Shown: positions 20,270 through 30,919, counted from the stretch's first letter. The stretch: 64,000 bases of DNA from Candidatus Latescibacterota bacterium (GCA_965237675.1 OZ250150.1:5376001-5440000), one strand, 5' to 3'. The notes: a model not told the origin generated them from the sequence alone. Numbers and translations are program-made.

Positions 20270-21133
20270 ATGGAATACCGTCCGTTCGGTAATACGGGCA
20301 TCCGGGTCAGCGAGGTCAGTCTGGGGGGCGCGTACATCGGCGGAACGGATCCCGAACGCGCTACCGAGAACGCCGTCGAGATCGTCCGCCGTGCGAACGA
20401 TCTGGGAATCAACTATATCGACACCGCGCCCCTATACGGCAGGAGCGAAGCGTTATTCGGCTATGCCCTCGAAACCGCGCAATCGCGCATGCACGTCGCC
20501 ACGAAGGTTGGTTTTGACCCGGAAGACTTCGACTATCGGCGCGATAGCGTACTGCGCAGCCTTGAACGAAGCCTGAAGCGGCTGCGAATTTCGAGGCTCT
20601 TCTCAGCCCAGATCCATCAGGTGAGCATAGCGGGTTGGGAGCGCATCATGGAACGGGGAGGGACCCTCGAGGGGTTGCGAGACGCGCAAGAACGCGGCTT
20701 ATGCGATCATATCGGCATTACGGACAGGGCCATACCCCTGCTGGCGAAGCTCGCCCGCACGGGGGAGTTCGATGCCGTGCTTGTCTTCCACGATTACCAC
20801 CCCCATTCGCAACAGGCCACCGAAGCGGTCATACCGGCAGCAGCCGCAAACGGGATGGGCATTGTCGTTGCCACCGTGCTCGCCGGCGGGCTCTTTGCCG
20901 ATGCCCCCCGGCGCACGACCGCGCTCGAAGCGATAGCCGACCGGAAGGAACGCGCCAGAGCCGATGGGGTCATCCGACGACTCCGGGATGAACCCGGCAC
21001 CGTACCACGGAACGCGTTCCGGTATGTCCTCGCCGACTCGAGGGTCAGCACGATCTCGAGCGGAGCGGCGACCGAGACGGAACTGGAAGACGTGGCACGC
21101 GCCTCGGACATGGGGCCGCTTGAATGGCGGTGA
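20270..21133 (+). CDS. Aldo/keto reductase
   Basis: MEYRPFGNTGIRVSEVSLGG, GINYIDTAPLYG, VATKVG, SLERSLKRL. Confidence 0.93.
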   Translation: MEYRPFGNTGIRVSEVSLGGAYIGGTDPERATENAVEIVRRANDLGINYIDTAPLYGRSEALFGYALETAQSRMHVATKVGFDPEDFDYRRDSVLRSLERSLKRLRISRLFSAQIHQVSIAGWERIMERGGTLEGLRDAQERGLCDHIGITDRAIPLLAKLARTGEFDAVLVFHDYHPHSQQATEAVIPAAAANGMGIVVATVLAGGLFADAPRRTTALEAIADRKERARADGVIRRLRDEPGTVPRNAFRYVLADSRVSTISSGAATETELEDVARASDMGPLEWR

Positions 21134-21363
21134 GCCGGGCCGGCCGGGTATGCAGAGCGTTGAGGAGGCGGGTTACGCCCTTTGTTTTTCACGGAACCCT
21201 TCCCCGAAGAATCGTGTCTTTCATGGGTGCGGGATCGACTTTCGCAGCCAGTCGTGTCCTGTTGAATTCAACCACAGGCCGGGATCCGCGCTCCGGGGGG
21301 CGTAGCCCGGAACGCCGTCGGGCGTAAGCGTGCCGCAGCCGTTTCCGTGCGGAGGGTTGCAAG

Positions 21364-23826
21364 ATGAAATACGTTCTGATTTTCGCAGTTGCCATCGGTC
21401 TGGTTACGTCAAGGGAGTCCCATGCCGCACCGACCGATTCCCTTCAGTCGCGGGTTGAGGCGTTCTTCAGCGAGGGCACGCGGCTCTTCGAGGCGGGAGA
21501 CCTGGACGACGCGCTGATGAATTTCAGGAAAGCCTTGGGTATCAACAAAAAACATGCGCCCTCACTGGTCGGCATGGGCCACGTGTATTTGAAACGAGGC
21601 GACCTGGATGCGGCCGAAGACGCGTTTATGAATGCCAGGCGCAGGAAACGGAAATTCGCGCCCGCCCACAATGGGTTGGGGCTGGTGTATATGCGGAAGG
21701 AAAAGGGGTTGCTGTGGGCAATCAGGTACTTCCAGGACGCGATTTCGGTGGATCGAACCTTTGCCGTGGCCTACTACAATCTGGCCCGTGCGTATCGACG
21801 CATCGGAGACACCAAGGAGTTGACGGCCTACAGGCGGCTCGCAAGGATCGTTCCGGACCATCCGGACGTGTGGTTCCAGATCGGTCGAATTCACAAGAAT
21901 GGAGAATCGGGAAAATATGTACAGTTTGAAAAGGCGGAGACCGCCCTGCGCAGACAACTGGATGTGAACCCGGATCATCAGGAATCGCGGCTGATCCTGG
22001 GGGAGGTATTGACGGAACTGAACAGACCGGGTGAGGCCGTGCCGCTTCTGATACCACTTGTGGAATCGCCCAATCCTTATCAGCAGCGGTCGCTGTTGGC
22101 GCTTGCCGAAGTCTACATGAAGCAACGCGAATACGACCGGGCCGACGTCCTGTTCGACCGGCATATAGAAGGCCTGGAGCCGGATACGCAGGCCGTATAT
22201 TACGACTTGCGCAAAGTGGCGGAGGAGGAGCGCGAAAGGTTCGATGCGGCGCCCGCGACGGAGTGGAAAGCGCTTTCCGAGCAGTACTGGGCGGGCCGAG
22301 ACCCTGCACCCGTGACGGCCGCGAATGAGCGTAAATTAGAGCATTACCGACGCGTTGCCTACTCGATGGAGCATTTCGGTAGGGACCGGTTCCCATGGGA
22401 TGTGCGTGGCGACGTCTATGTCCGGTACGGCCGTCCCGCCCACGTGAGCAGTTCCGACAATATACAATTTGAAACGGATCCGAAGGCGATCAGAATCAAG
22501 GAACGGATCGCACTTCGCGCCGGCGATGCGATATCCCAGATGCTCAGGGTGCGAAACAGCGAAACCACGTCCTACGGTGGAAGGGTGGGAGGCATCGGGC
22601 AGGCGGATGTTTTAGGGCCCATCAGCGAGACTCTGCGCGAGACGGAGGCGGCGGGCGTCACCCGGACCGCGGACGGCGGGTACAGGGCCGTCCCGTTGGA
22701 CGACGGTTCGGGGGATCTCTCTGGCAAGCTACGGATGGCGTCGAGCATTCTGGGCTGGCCGGTATATCCGGTTTACGGAAAGGTGTGGGAATACTGGATC
22801 TATACGGACGTGGGGCCCGGGATGGAGATTACGTTCACCCGCACCTTGGGACAGACGACGTTCAAATTCGCCGATATGCCAAGCGGGAAGGGCGGGCACT
22901 CCCGCCACCTTTATACGTGGCAGCGTATGAATCCGAAATTGCAACTGGACAAGGTGGGGCGTCGCGTGCCCGTACTCTACCGGCCCACGTTCGCCACGGG
23001 GCCGCTGGCGTATTTTTTCGACTCCGCGGGCTTCAAAGGGGCGCAGGACGCCTCAAATCTTGAGGTCTACTATGGGATTCCGGTATGGGAACTGTCCTTC
23101 TCGCCGGGATCCGACGGCAAACCGACGGCCCGGCTGAAGAAGGGCGTCGCACTCTACAACGAGGCGAATGAACGGGTGCTTCGGAAAGATGGGGAGTTTG
23201 AGCTGTTTTCCGATGCGCCGTCGGATACGGCGCGAAAGGCGTACGTCCCGGAGATGGTCCGGGTATCGGCGCCACCCGGCAGATACCGGATGTCCGTCCA
23301 GGTTCTGGAAATCGGTACGGGCAGATCGCAGGTCTACGAGCAGCAGGTCGTGTTGCCGGCATATCCCGGGGGGTATTTGAGACTGAGCGGCATTCAACTG
23401 GCCGCGTCAATCCGTCCGGCGGACGGTGATCGATTCCGCAAGGGAAACATCCAGGTCGTTCCCAATCCCACGCGGGCGTATGTACGAGGGCAATCGGTTT
23501 TCATTTACTACGAAGTGTACAATCTGAAGCGGGACGAGTTCGGCGCGACAAGGTACAGGGTGTCCTACCAGATACGGTCGGCGTTGAGCGAACCGGTGGG
23601 CGCCCGCATTCTGAGCGGAATCGGGAAGCTGCTGAATGTTCGACAGCACAGTGACGCGTCGATTTCAATCGAGTACGCCCATATTGGCAGCCGTGATGAC
23701 GACCAGGGATACGTGGAACTGGATATGGCCGCTTCCGATCCGGGGGAAAAGTTCTTGACCGTCACCGTAACGGACCAGGTGTCGGGACAGACAACGGTGG
23801 GAACCACGAGACTGACGATCAGGTAG
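21364..23826 (+). CDS. Secreted TPR-repeat + GWxTD-domain protein (paralog of 1683-4091)
   Basis: Signal peptide, TPRs, YWAGRDP...EHYRRVAYS...DVRGDVYVRYGRP, YYEVYNLKRDEFGATRYRVSY. Confidence 0.82.
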   Translation: MKYVLIFAVAIGLVTSRESHAAPTDSLQSRVEAFFSEGTRLFEAGDLDDALMNFRKALGINKKHAPSLVGMGHVYLKRGDLDAAEDAFMNARRRKRKFAPAHNGLGLVYMRKEKGLLWAIRYFQDAISVDRTFAVAYYNLARAYRRIGDTKELTAYRRLARIVPDHPDVWFQIGRIHKNGESGKYVQFEKAETALRRQLDVNPDHQESRLILGEVLTELNRPGEAVPLLIPLVESPNPYQQRSLLALAEVYMKQREYDRADVLFDRHIEGLEPDTQAVYYDLRKVAEEERERFDAAPATEWKALSEQYWAGRDPAPVTAANERKLEHYRRVAYSMEHFGRDRFPWDVRGDVYVRYGRPAHVSSSDNIQFETDPKAIRIKERIALRAGDAISQMLRVRNSETTSYGGRVGGIGQADVLGPISETLRETEAAGVTRTADGGYRAVPLDDGSGDLSGKLRMASSILGWPVYPVYGKVWEYWIYTDVGPGMEITFTRTLGQTTFKFADMPSGKGGHSRHLYTWQRMNPKLQLDKVGRRVPVLYRPTFATGPLAYFFDSAGFKGAQDASNLEVYYGIPVWELSFSPGSDGKPTARLKKGVALYNEANERVLRKDGEFELFSDAPSDTARKAYVPEMVRVSAPPGRYRMSVQVLEIGTGRSQVYEQQVVLPAYPGGYLRLSGIQLAASIRPADGDRFRKGNIQVVPNPTRAYVRGQSVFIYYEVYNLKRDEFGATRYRVSYQIRSALSEPVGARILSGIGKLLNVRQHSDASISIEYAHIGSRDDDQGYVELDMAASDPGEKFLTVTVTDQVSGQTTVGTTRLTIR

Positions 23827-23901
23827 GCAACGGCAGGTCCGCAGGGCCCGGCGCGGACACTGAATTCCGGCACACCAACAGACTATGTCGGGGAATGATC
23901 G

Positions 23902-26187
23902 ATGAACCGAAACCCGCCAGCCTGGCTGGCTCTGGCATTTCTTCTTGCGGCTTGTGCGGGGGAAGAGGCCGTTGTAACCCTTTCCGGCGCCGTGGCGCGC
24001 CCCGGGCCGTATGCCCACAGGCCCGAATGGACCGTGGCGGATTACGTAAAGGCCAGCGGCGGTTATACGGCGGAAGCTGTCGTGAGCGGGGGTAAGCTGA
24101 TTCGGGTGCGGCGGGACAGCCTGACGAACGAGGAGTCGAACCGGTCGTGGTGGCCTCTTGTTTCGTCGCCCCAGGTCTTGGCGGGGGATGTGATCCTCGT
24201 CCCGTTTCGTACCTACGCGGTGCGGATGGATACCGTGCGGTATATAGAAAACCTGACCCTCGAGTGGCAGGACAGGGAATATCGGGTTCCGAAAGCATGG
24301 CTGGCCGCAGGTCGGACCGAGCCGGGTGTGATGGTTGCCTCCGTGATTGGAGACGGTACGGTGGTCGGGAACGAAAACGGCGAAACGCTGGGCAGGTTCC
24401 AGTATCTATATTTGCACCTGCATCCCGGCATATTTGACGTACTGGCTTTGCCCGACCGAAGGCCGGTTGAAAACCGCCTGCTCCTGGAGGATGCCCTGGG
24501 TATCCATCAGAGCATTTTTCCTAAAGTCCGGCACCGGTCGGGCGCCCGCGCCGAGATGCCGCCGGAGGGGTATTTGCGTGTACTGGCCGGCGTGTGGCCA
24601 AAACCCAGAAGCAAGGCATCGCCCGGTCCGGGCATTCGTAAGCGAAAATACAGAGACGGTCGCGAGTGGACCACGTTTCCGGACGGCAGGCAAAGAATGG
24701 TGTTCCCCGACGGACGCGTGGAAGTGGAGTTGCCCGACGGGTCGCGTGAAAGACGCTATGCCGACGGAAGGATCGAGTTGACGGATGTGAGGGGAAACGT
24801 GCAGGTGACGCATCCCGACGGAAGGGTCGCGTCCTCGTTTGCCGACGGAAACCGGGAAGAGAGGTTTGCCGACGGGCGAATCGTACAACGCTTCAAAACC
24901 GGAACACGGCGTACGATTTTTCCGGATGGAAGGGAGAAGACGCGATTTTCGGACGGCACCTTACATATCAAGCGCGGAGACGGAACCGTGGAGATGACCT
25001 TTCCCGAGGGCATGACGGAGACACGACATGCGGACGGGCGGAGGGTGGCCGTCACGCGGGAAGGACACCGGGTGACGGTGTTCCCGAACGGGCGGCGGCT
25101 GACCCGGGCCGTGGACGGGACCGTGCTCGAGGAATTCGCGGACGGACGCCGGGTGCAACAGGGCCCACACGGCGAGCGGGTGGAGGTATTTATAGACGGA
25201 ACCAGGAGAACGACATTGAAGGACGGCTCCACGGTGTTCCGGAAGCCGGACGGCACCCGCGTGGAGCGCCACGCGGACGGACTGGTCATTAAGATATTTC
25301 CCGACGGACGTGAGGCACAAACCGGCGCGGACGGCGTCCGGCTGGAGACGTTTCCGGACGGACGGGAGGTACAGACCGACGCTCTGGGCAACCGCCTGGA
25401 GACCTTTCCGGACGGACGGCGTTCCCAGAGCGACGCCGAGGGCAACCACGTGGAGATATTTCCGGACGGGACGCAGATCAAGACGTTCGCGAACGCCTAC
25501 CGGTACTGGGGACCGATAGAGGATGATCTGGTGGACATCGACGACACGCCGGGCCGGCTGGCCCCGGGGGGTCGTCTGCGGGTGGCTGGCGCTGTACGTT
25601 CCGGTCTCGAAGGCATGCAGGCGGCGGTTTTCCGGCTGCCCGACGGGAACGTGTTTGAAATACCCGTCGTGCGAGAGAAAGTACGCTTTCACTGTGTGTT
25701 TCCGGAGAGTGTTTTTTCGGTATCCGGGCATTACCGGGTGCAGGTCCGGGCGAAACTCGCCCACGGGTCCGTCGTGGTGGGAGACCGGCCACTGGTCGTT
25801 GGGGATCCACCCCCGCTTGGGAAGATGGTCCTGACCGTCATGCCGTTTCGGGACGTGGACGACGCCCGAGACCGCCTTTCAAAGATGGTTCATGCGGCGC
25901 GCAGCCGCCTGGAACTGCCTGTCCTCGAGTCGCACCCGCGGTTGGTGGAGTTCGCCCGGGTGAAATTATGGGACGTGATGGCGTCGGACACCTTCACATC
26001 CGAGCGGGGGCATGGCGGCGCGGAGAGTTTTACCCGGGGTCCGTCCGTTGAGGAGGTATATACATTTATGATGCTGAGCAGCGCCCACAGACGGGGTATT
26101 CTGGGTAAGAAATGGACGCACTGGGGCGTTTCCGTTCAACAGGACGGAGGAGACGTCTTCGTGGTGATGGTTTTTGACACCACTTGA
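23902..26187 (+). CDS. Lipoprotein with SLBB domain, long PDG beta-hairpin (Tcp10/CENP-J-like) repeat array and C-terminal CAP-like domain
   Basis: Lipobox LLAAC; VTLSGAVARPGPY...TVADYVKASGG (SLBB); many [FH]PDG/ADG repeats; MMLSSAHRRGILGKKWTHWGVSV (CAP-like). Confidence 0.75.
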   Translation: MNRNPPAWLALAFLLAACAGEEAVVTLSGAVARPGPYAHRPEWTVADYVKASGGYTAEAVVSGGKLIRVRRDSLTNEESNRSWWPLVSSPQVLAGDVILVPFRTYAVRMDTVRYIENLTLEWQDREYRVPKAWLAAGRTEPGVMVASVIGDGTVVGNENGETLGRFQYLYLHLHPGIFDVLALPDRRPVENRLLLEDALGIHQSIFPKVRHRSGARAEMPPEGYLRVLAGVWPKPRSKASPGPGIRKRKYRDGREWTTFPDGRQRMVFPDGRVEVELPDGSRERRYADGRIELTDVRGNVQVTHPDGRVASSFADGNREERFADGRIVQRFKTGTRRTIFPDGREKTRFSDGTLHIKRGDGTVEMTFPEGMTETRHADGRRVAVTREGHRVTVFPNGRRLTRAVDGTVLEEFADGRRVQQGPHGERVEVFIDGTRRTTLKDGSTVFRKPDGTRVERHADGLVIKIFPDGREAQTGADGVRLETFPDGREVQTDALGNRLETFPDGRRSQSDAEGNHVEIFPDGTQIKTFANAYRYWGPIEDDLVDIDDTPGRLAPGGRLRVAGAVRSGLEGMQAAVFRLPDGNVFEIPVVREKVRFHCVFPESVFSVSGHYRVQVRAKLAHGSVVVGDRPLVVGDPPPLGKMVLTVMPFRDVDDARDRLSKMVHAARSRLELPVLESHPRLVEFARVKLWDVMASDTFTSERGHGGAESFTRGPSVEEVYTFMMLSSAHRRGILGKKWTHWGVSVQQDGGDVFVVMVFDTT

Positions 26188-26270
26188 TGCATGCGGGACG
26201 GAGCATACAGAGACAGAAGGGCCGGCGAGGGCGGTGCCCGTACGCCGGTCACAGCACCGGCGTGGACCGG

Positions 26271-27353
26271 CTATTTTCGTCCGTATTGCAGAATGAAGTC
26301 TTCCACCATCTCCCGGGCCTCGTCGTCGCTGAACTGCTCGGGCGGGCTCTTCATAAAGTAAGAGGAGGGGCCCGACAACGGTCCCTTCAGGCCGTGTTCG
26401 AGGCCCAGTTTGCAGCAACGAACCGCGTCGATCACCACACCAGCGGAGTTGGGCGAGTCCCAGACCTCCAGCTTAAGCTCCAGGTTGAGCGGCACACCGC
26501 CAAAGGTTTCGCCCTCCATCCGAATGTGGCACCATTTCCTGTCTTCCAGCCACGGCACATGATCGCTCGGGCCAACATGGACATTCTCTTCGCCCATGTT
26601 GTAGTCCAGCTGAGAGGTGACGGCGTTGGTCTTGCTGATCTTTTTGGATTCGAGCCGGGAACGTTCCAGCATGTTGTAGAAGTCGGTATTTCCACCGAAG
26701 TTCAGCTGGTAGGTGCGTGTAAGTTTAACGCCTCGTTCCCGGAAGAGCCGGGTGAGCACACGGTGGGCGATGGTGGCGCCGACCTGTGATTTGATATCGT
26801 CTCCGATGATGGGAAGGCCGTGCTTTTCAAAGCGTTCGGGCCAGTGGCCCGCGCTCGCGATAAAGACGGGCACGCAGTTGACAAAACCACAGCCGGCTTG
26901 AAGAACCTGCTCGACGTACCACTTCGTGGCTTCTTCGCTGCCTACCGGGAGATAGTTGACAACCACGTCGGTTCCTGTGGCCTTGAGGACGTCTGCCACA
27001 TCCACGGTGCTGCCGTCCGCCTTTTCGATGATTTCGCTGAGATACCGGCCCAGGCCGTCGTGGGTCATGCCGCGCTGGACGGGCACGTCAAGTTCAGGAA
27101 CATCCGAAAATTTGACGGTATTATTGGGGTCGGTGAAGATAGCATCGCTAAGGTCTTTGCCGACCTTGTTCCTGTCGATGTCGAACGCGGCGGAGAATTC
27201 AATGTCGCTGATATGATACCCGCCCAGATCGGGATGCATCAGGCCAGGTATGAAGCCGTCGTTCGGAACATCTTTATAATATTGGACGCCCTGAACGAGA
27301 GACGATGCGCAGTTGCCGACGCCGACGATGGCAACTCGGACTTTTCTTGCCAT
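26271..27353 (-). CDS. ino1: myo-Inositol-1-phosphate synthase
   Basis: [53 protein letters not shown]. Confidence 0.97.
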   Translation of the reverse strand: MARKVRVAIVGVGNCASSLVQGVQYYKDVPNDGFIPGLMHPDLGGYHISDIEFSAAFDIDRNKVGKDLSDAIFTDPNNTVKFSDVPELDVPVQRGMTHDGLGRYLSEIIEKADGSTVDVADVLKATGTDVVVNYLPVGSEEATKWYVEQVLQAGCGFVNCVPVFIASAGHWPERFEKHGLPIIGDDIKSQVGATIAHRVLTRLFRERGVKLTRTYQLNFGGNTDFYNMLERSRLESKKISKTNAVTSQLDYNMGEENVHVGPSDHVPWLEDRKWCHIRMEGETFGGVPLNLELKLEVWDSPNSAGVVIDAVRCCKLGLEHGLKGPLSGPSSYFMKSPPEQFSDDEAREMVEDFILQYGRK

Positions 27354-27429
27354 TGAGAAACTCCTTGAAGAGATGAAGATCTGCCGCTCTGGCCATAACA
27401 GGGCTAAAAGATAGGAAGTTTTATGTATT

Positions 27430-27472
27430 TAACAAATAAATATTTGTTATATTATTTATAGAGTTTTTCTAT
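27430..27472. promoter_or_regulatory. LysR-type binding box and a second palindrome in the divergent ino1/LysR intergenic region
   Basis: ATAG-N7-CTAT (T-N11-A) at 27458-27472 and a perfect 9-bp inverted repeat TAACAAATA-aa-TATTTGTTA at 27430-27449. Confidence 0.65.
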
Positions 27473-27608
27473 ACAGTGCATGTGTGCCTCGTTGCCGCTC
27501 GTACCCTCGGTTCAGACATACACGACGTCAATCGCCACCGCTGAGTCTACATTCCGAACGGACACGCGCCGGTATTACCGTCCTTCATTTTAGCTCAAGG
27601 GGGCTTTC

Positions 27609-28532
27609 ATGAACCTGCAGCACCTGAAATATTTCCTGGCCGTGGCCCGTGCGAGCAGCTTCAGCCGGGCCGCTCAAGAACTGCACGTGACGCAGCCCAC
27701 CGTCAGCAGCGGGGTGGCGGACCTGGAGCGCGCGCTGGGTGTCCGCCTCTTCAACAGGGGCAGCCGGCACGTGGGGTTGACAATGGAGGGAAGAACGCTC
27801 GCGAATTACGGAATACAAATCCAGGATCTGGTGGAATCGACTGAAGACCGGCTGAAACGCCGCGACGTCCTGCCGGGGGAAGGATTTCAGTTCGGGGCTA
27901 TCGACGCCGCTGTAACCTACCTGTTACCGGAAGTCTTGAAGGCGTATATGCGGGATTGTCCGGACGTAGCGCTTTCCGTACAGGTGGCGCCTTCCCGGTA
28001 CCTGGTGGAGGATCTGCTTCTGAACCGTTCTGAATTCGCCGTGATTTCGCTGCCGTTCACCCATCCGAAATTGAAGACGGTTTCCGTTTATCGAGATTCC
28101 ATGCCCCTGGTCGTGGGGGCGTCGCATCGGTTCTCCCGGCGTTCCTCCGCCGACCTGCACGAAGTGGCCAGGGAACCCCTCATTCTGTTTCACGCCGATT
28201 CCGTGTCACGCAAAATTGTGGACGAACGGTTCGCCGAGGCCGGAGTTTCCGCCGGCGTGGTCATGGAAATGCGAAGCCCCGAGGCCATGCGGAAACTGGT
28301 TGAGGTGGGTGTGGGTATCTCTTTCCTGCCCCATCTGACGGTGCGGGATTCCCTGACGTCGGGGGCGCTGGTAACCGTACCGGTGAAGGGTGTACAATTC
28401 AGCCGCGAGATCGGCGTGGCGTGGCGCGAGGGCCGTTATTTCGGCCTCGCAATCCGGCGCCTGCTGGACGCCATTTTTGATCGGTTCGGGGTAGCAGCAC
28501 CCGGCAAGCACGGCGACCCGTCGGATTTCTAG
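27609..28532 (+). CDS. LysR family transcriptional regulator
   Basis: MNLQHLKYFLAVARASSFSRAAQELHVTQPTVS HTH plus substrate-binding domain. Confidence 0.96.
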   Translation: MNLQHLKYFLAVARASSFSRAAQELHVTQPTVSSGVADLERALGVRLFNRGSRHVGLTMEGRTLANYGIQIQDLVESTEDRLKRRDVLPGEGFQFGAIDAAVTYLLPEVLKAYMRDCPDVALSVQVAPSRYLVEDLLLNRSEFAVISLPFTHPKLKTVSVYRDSMPLVVGASHRFSRRSSADLHEVAREPLILFHADSVSRKIVDERFAEAGVSAGVVMEMRSPEAMRKLVEVGVGISFLPHLTVRDSLTSGALVTVPVKGVQFSREIGVAWREGRYFGLAIRRLLDAIFDRFGVAAPGKHGDPSDF

Positions 28533-29701
28533 CTCCTGACTGTCATCACCTCCGTCGCCTTAAGTGCCTGTTCGACCAGCGGGGAAAGATCGAGGTTCGG
28601 TTCGATCTCATGAACCGTCTTCAGATTGGCGCGGGTCTCCGGATGTTTGGGCACAAACACCGTACAACAATCTTCATCAGGCTCGATCGAAATATCGTAG
28701 GTCCCGATGCGCCGGGCAAGATCGATAATTTCCTCTTTGTTGTCCCCTGAAAGTGGGCGCAGAAGAGGGAGCGGCGTCACCTCCTCGATCGCCCGCAGGT
28801 TGGACAGGGTTTGCGAGGCGACCTGACCGATACTTTCGCCCGTGACGAGAGCCTGGGCGCCTTCCCGCTCGGCAAGGGTCTCGGCAATGCGCAACATGGC
28901 TCTGCGGTAGAGGATCACCCGGTATCCGGGAGGGGCATGGGTCATCACGCGGCGCTGAATCTCAATGAACGGGACCAGATACAGCGTGGATTTGTACTGG
29001 TACCGTGTCAGCACGCGGACGAGTTCCTCGGTATTGCGCTGGGAACTTCGGTTGGTATACGGCTGGCTGTGAAAGTGTACGAACGAGAGCCGTACGCCGC
29101 GTTTCATCGTTTTGTACGAAGCAACCGGCGAGTCGATTCCCGAGGATAGCAGGCTGACGGCACGTTCGTTGGCGCCGACGGGCAGACCGCCGGGTCCGGG
29201 TATTTTCCCGGTGTAAATGAAGGCGCCCTGGAAGGATACTTCGATGAAACAGGTCAGATCAGGTTCATCCAGCTTGACCCGGGCCCCGGAGCGGGTCTGA
29301 ACATGGGCGCCGACGTCGCGGTTGATCTGCTCAGACGTGAGCGGGAAGGTCTTGTCGCCGCGTCGGGCTGCGATTTTAAAAGAGACAAAGTCGACGTTCC
29401 TGACGACGTCCCACGCCGCTGCCCGGATGTGTCCGATGGCGTTGGGTACGTGAACGGCTTCGGAAAAATTGGCAATCCCGAAGACGCCGGCCAGGCGTTC
29501 GAGGATGGCGCCGACAATTGCATCCGGCGGGAGTTCCAGGATGATGCGACCGGAAAGACGGCGGACGGCGCCGTGCGGCAGGCCTTTCAACGCGCGTGCG
29601 ATATTCGTGAGCAATTGCTGTTCGAACCGGCCGCGGTTCTTGCCCTTCAGGCCGATTTCGTGATAGTGGATGAGGATAACCCGTTCCGTCACGGCGTCCA
29701 T
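28529..29701 (-). CDS. thiI: tRNA 4-thiouridine synthase ThiI (THUMP + PP-loop, no rhodanese domain)
   Basis: HYHEIGLKGKNR, GPGGLPVG, LLSSGIDSPVA, TGESIGQVASQT, DCC. Confidence 0.95.
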   Translation of the reverse strand: MDAVTERVILIHYHEIGLKGKNRGRFEQQLLTNIARALKGLPHGAVRRLSGRIILELPPDAIVGAILERLAGVFGIANFSEAVHVPNAIGHIRAAAWDVVRNVDFVSFKIAARRGDKTFPLTSEQINRDVGAHVQTRSGARVKLDEPDLTCFIEVSFQGAFIYTGKIPGPGGLPVGANERAVSLLSSGIDSPVASYKTMKRGVRLSFVHFHSQPYTNRSSQRNTEELVRVLTRYQYKSTLYLVPFIEIQRRVMTHAPPGYRVILYRRAMLRIAETLAEREGAQALVTGESIGQVASQTLSNLRAIEEVTPLPLLRPLSGDNKEEIIDLARRIGTYDISIEPDEDCCTVFVPKHPETRANLKTVHEIEPNLDLSPLVEQALKATEVMTVRS

Positions 29702-29796
29702 GGCGTCTTTCCGGAAAATCGCTCGAAGCGATGCAAGCCCGCTTGACCCTACCCGTGAGAAGGAGGTTGGAATCGGGCATTTTTATCGGCCGGATG

Positions 29797-30906
29797 CTAC
29801 ATCTCTCTTAGAATGTGATAGAGGTTGTGCAGGAAGATCCGGTTATCGCTATCGACGTATACCATCTCTCCACCCATACGGCTGAATGACTTGCAGAATC
29901 TAAGGTAGTACGCCGGATTCTCCTTTGGCGGTTCACCTTTGGACCAATCCCAGGTCATCGGCGAAAGATCGTTGACAACGATAAAGGGGCGCGCGGCACG
30001 CCTGTTTTCCTGTATTCGAAGATTGTTTGCCAGCGAAAGGGCCTTTTCAAAGACCTGCGGCGCCATAACGGCCGAGCCTATGGAGAGAAACACGCCTCCG
30101 TCAAGGTCGATTACACCCCGGGCGAAGACCCGAAAGTCGATATCCGCGCCGCGTCCGATGGCCGCGCCGTTGGCGAGGTGGTGGTTGTGGGTAATGTCAT
30201 ATCCGATGCCCGGATGAACGGTAAGCGCAACGCCGAGTTGGTACGCCCGCGCGGTGAGGGACGTATCCTTAAACGGGTGTTCTACCCGGCAGCGGCCGGA
30301 AGCAATGTCGAACCGCGTGACAACCTGAAGCAATTCGGCGTAAGCCGGCATCGAGGGCGAATCCGTGGGGTTGCAGGCCCACCGGCGCAGAGCTGAGGTC
30401 AGTTCGCGGCGGTCGGGGATGTCACAACCGTTGTCGCAGATGAATTTTCCGAGGGATTCGCCGTAACCCATGCCCTTCAACGCCCCGGTGAGAACGGCCA
30501 GATGAATGTATCGACCGGTTTCCTCCCATGTTCCGAAACACCCCTGTGCAACGTTCGCCCGCACGTCTTCTTCGGAGCGGCCCTGAAAGGCGTATTCCCA
30601 GTCGTGAATGGTACCGGCTCCGTTGGTGGCCAGATGGGTGATCCAACCTGCCTCCATCATGCGGCCTACAACAAGCCCCAGGCCGTTTTTTACCAGATGC
30701 GCGCCATAGGCCAACATGACGGAAGCACCCTGGCGCCTGGCATGGCTGATTTTCTCAGCAACACTCCGGAGCCTGCCCGCCAACAACCCGGGGTCGGGAG
30801 CAGGTGTATCCGGGTCAACCATGATCTCTTCAATCGAGAATTTGCTCTGTCTGACCGATAGGGGTCTGAGGGCGACACGGCGGTGGTCGATCTGTTGGTA
30901 TGGCAT
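29797..30906 (-). CDS. Conserved uncharacterised protein, deoxyhypusine-synthase-like fold suspected
   Basis: GAHLVKNGL, LATNGAGTIHDWE, TVHPGIGYDITH, SIGSAVMAPQVFEKALS resemble the DHS-like uncharacterised family. Confidence 0.6.
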   Translation of the reverse strand: MPYQQIDHRRVALRPLSVRQSKFSIEEIMVDPDTPAPDPGLLAGRLRSVAEKISHARRQGASVMLAYGAHLVKNGLGLVVGRMMEAGWITHLATNGAGTIHDWEYAFQGRSEEDVRANVAQGCFGTWEETGRYIHLAVLTGALKGMGYGESLGKFICDNGCDIPDRRELTSALRRWACNPTDSPSMPAYAELLQVVTRFDIASGRCRVEHPFKDTSLTARAYQLGVALTVHPGIGYDITHNHHLANGAAIGRGADIDFRVFARGVIDLDGGVFLSIGSAVMAPQVFEKALSLANNLRIQENRRAARPFIVVNDLSPMTWDWSKGEPPKENPAYYLRFCKSFSRMGGEMVYVDSDNRIFLHNLYHILREM

Positions 30907-30919
30907 ACAACCGGTTTCC

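Noticed and set aside
24650-25490. Regularly spaced CCGGACGG/GACGG repeats resembling a CRISPR array
   Set aside because: In-frame coding repeats (PDG units); no constant 23-47-nt repeat with unique spacers and no cas genes.
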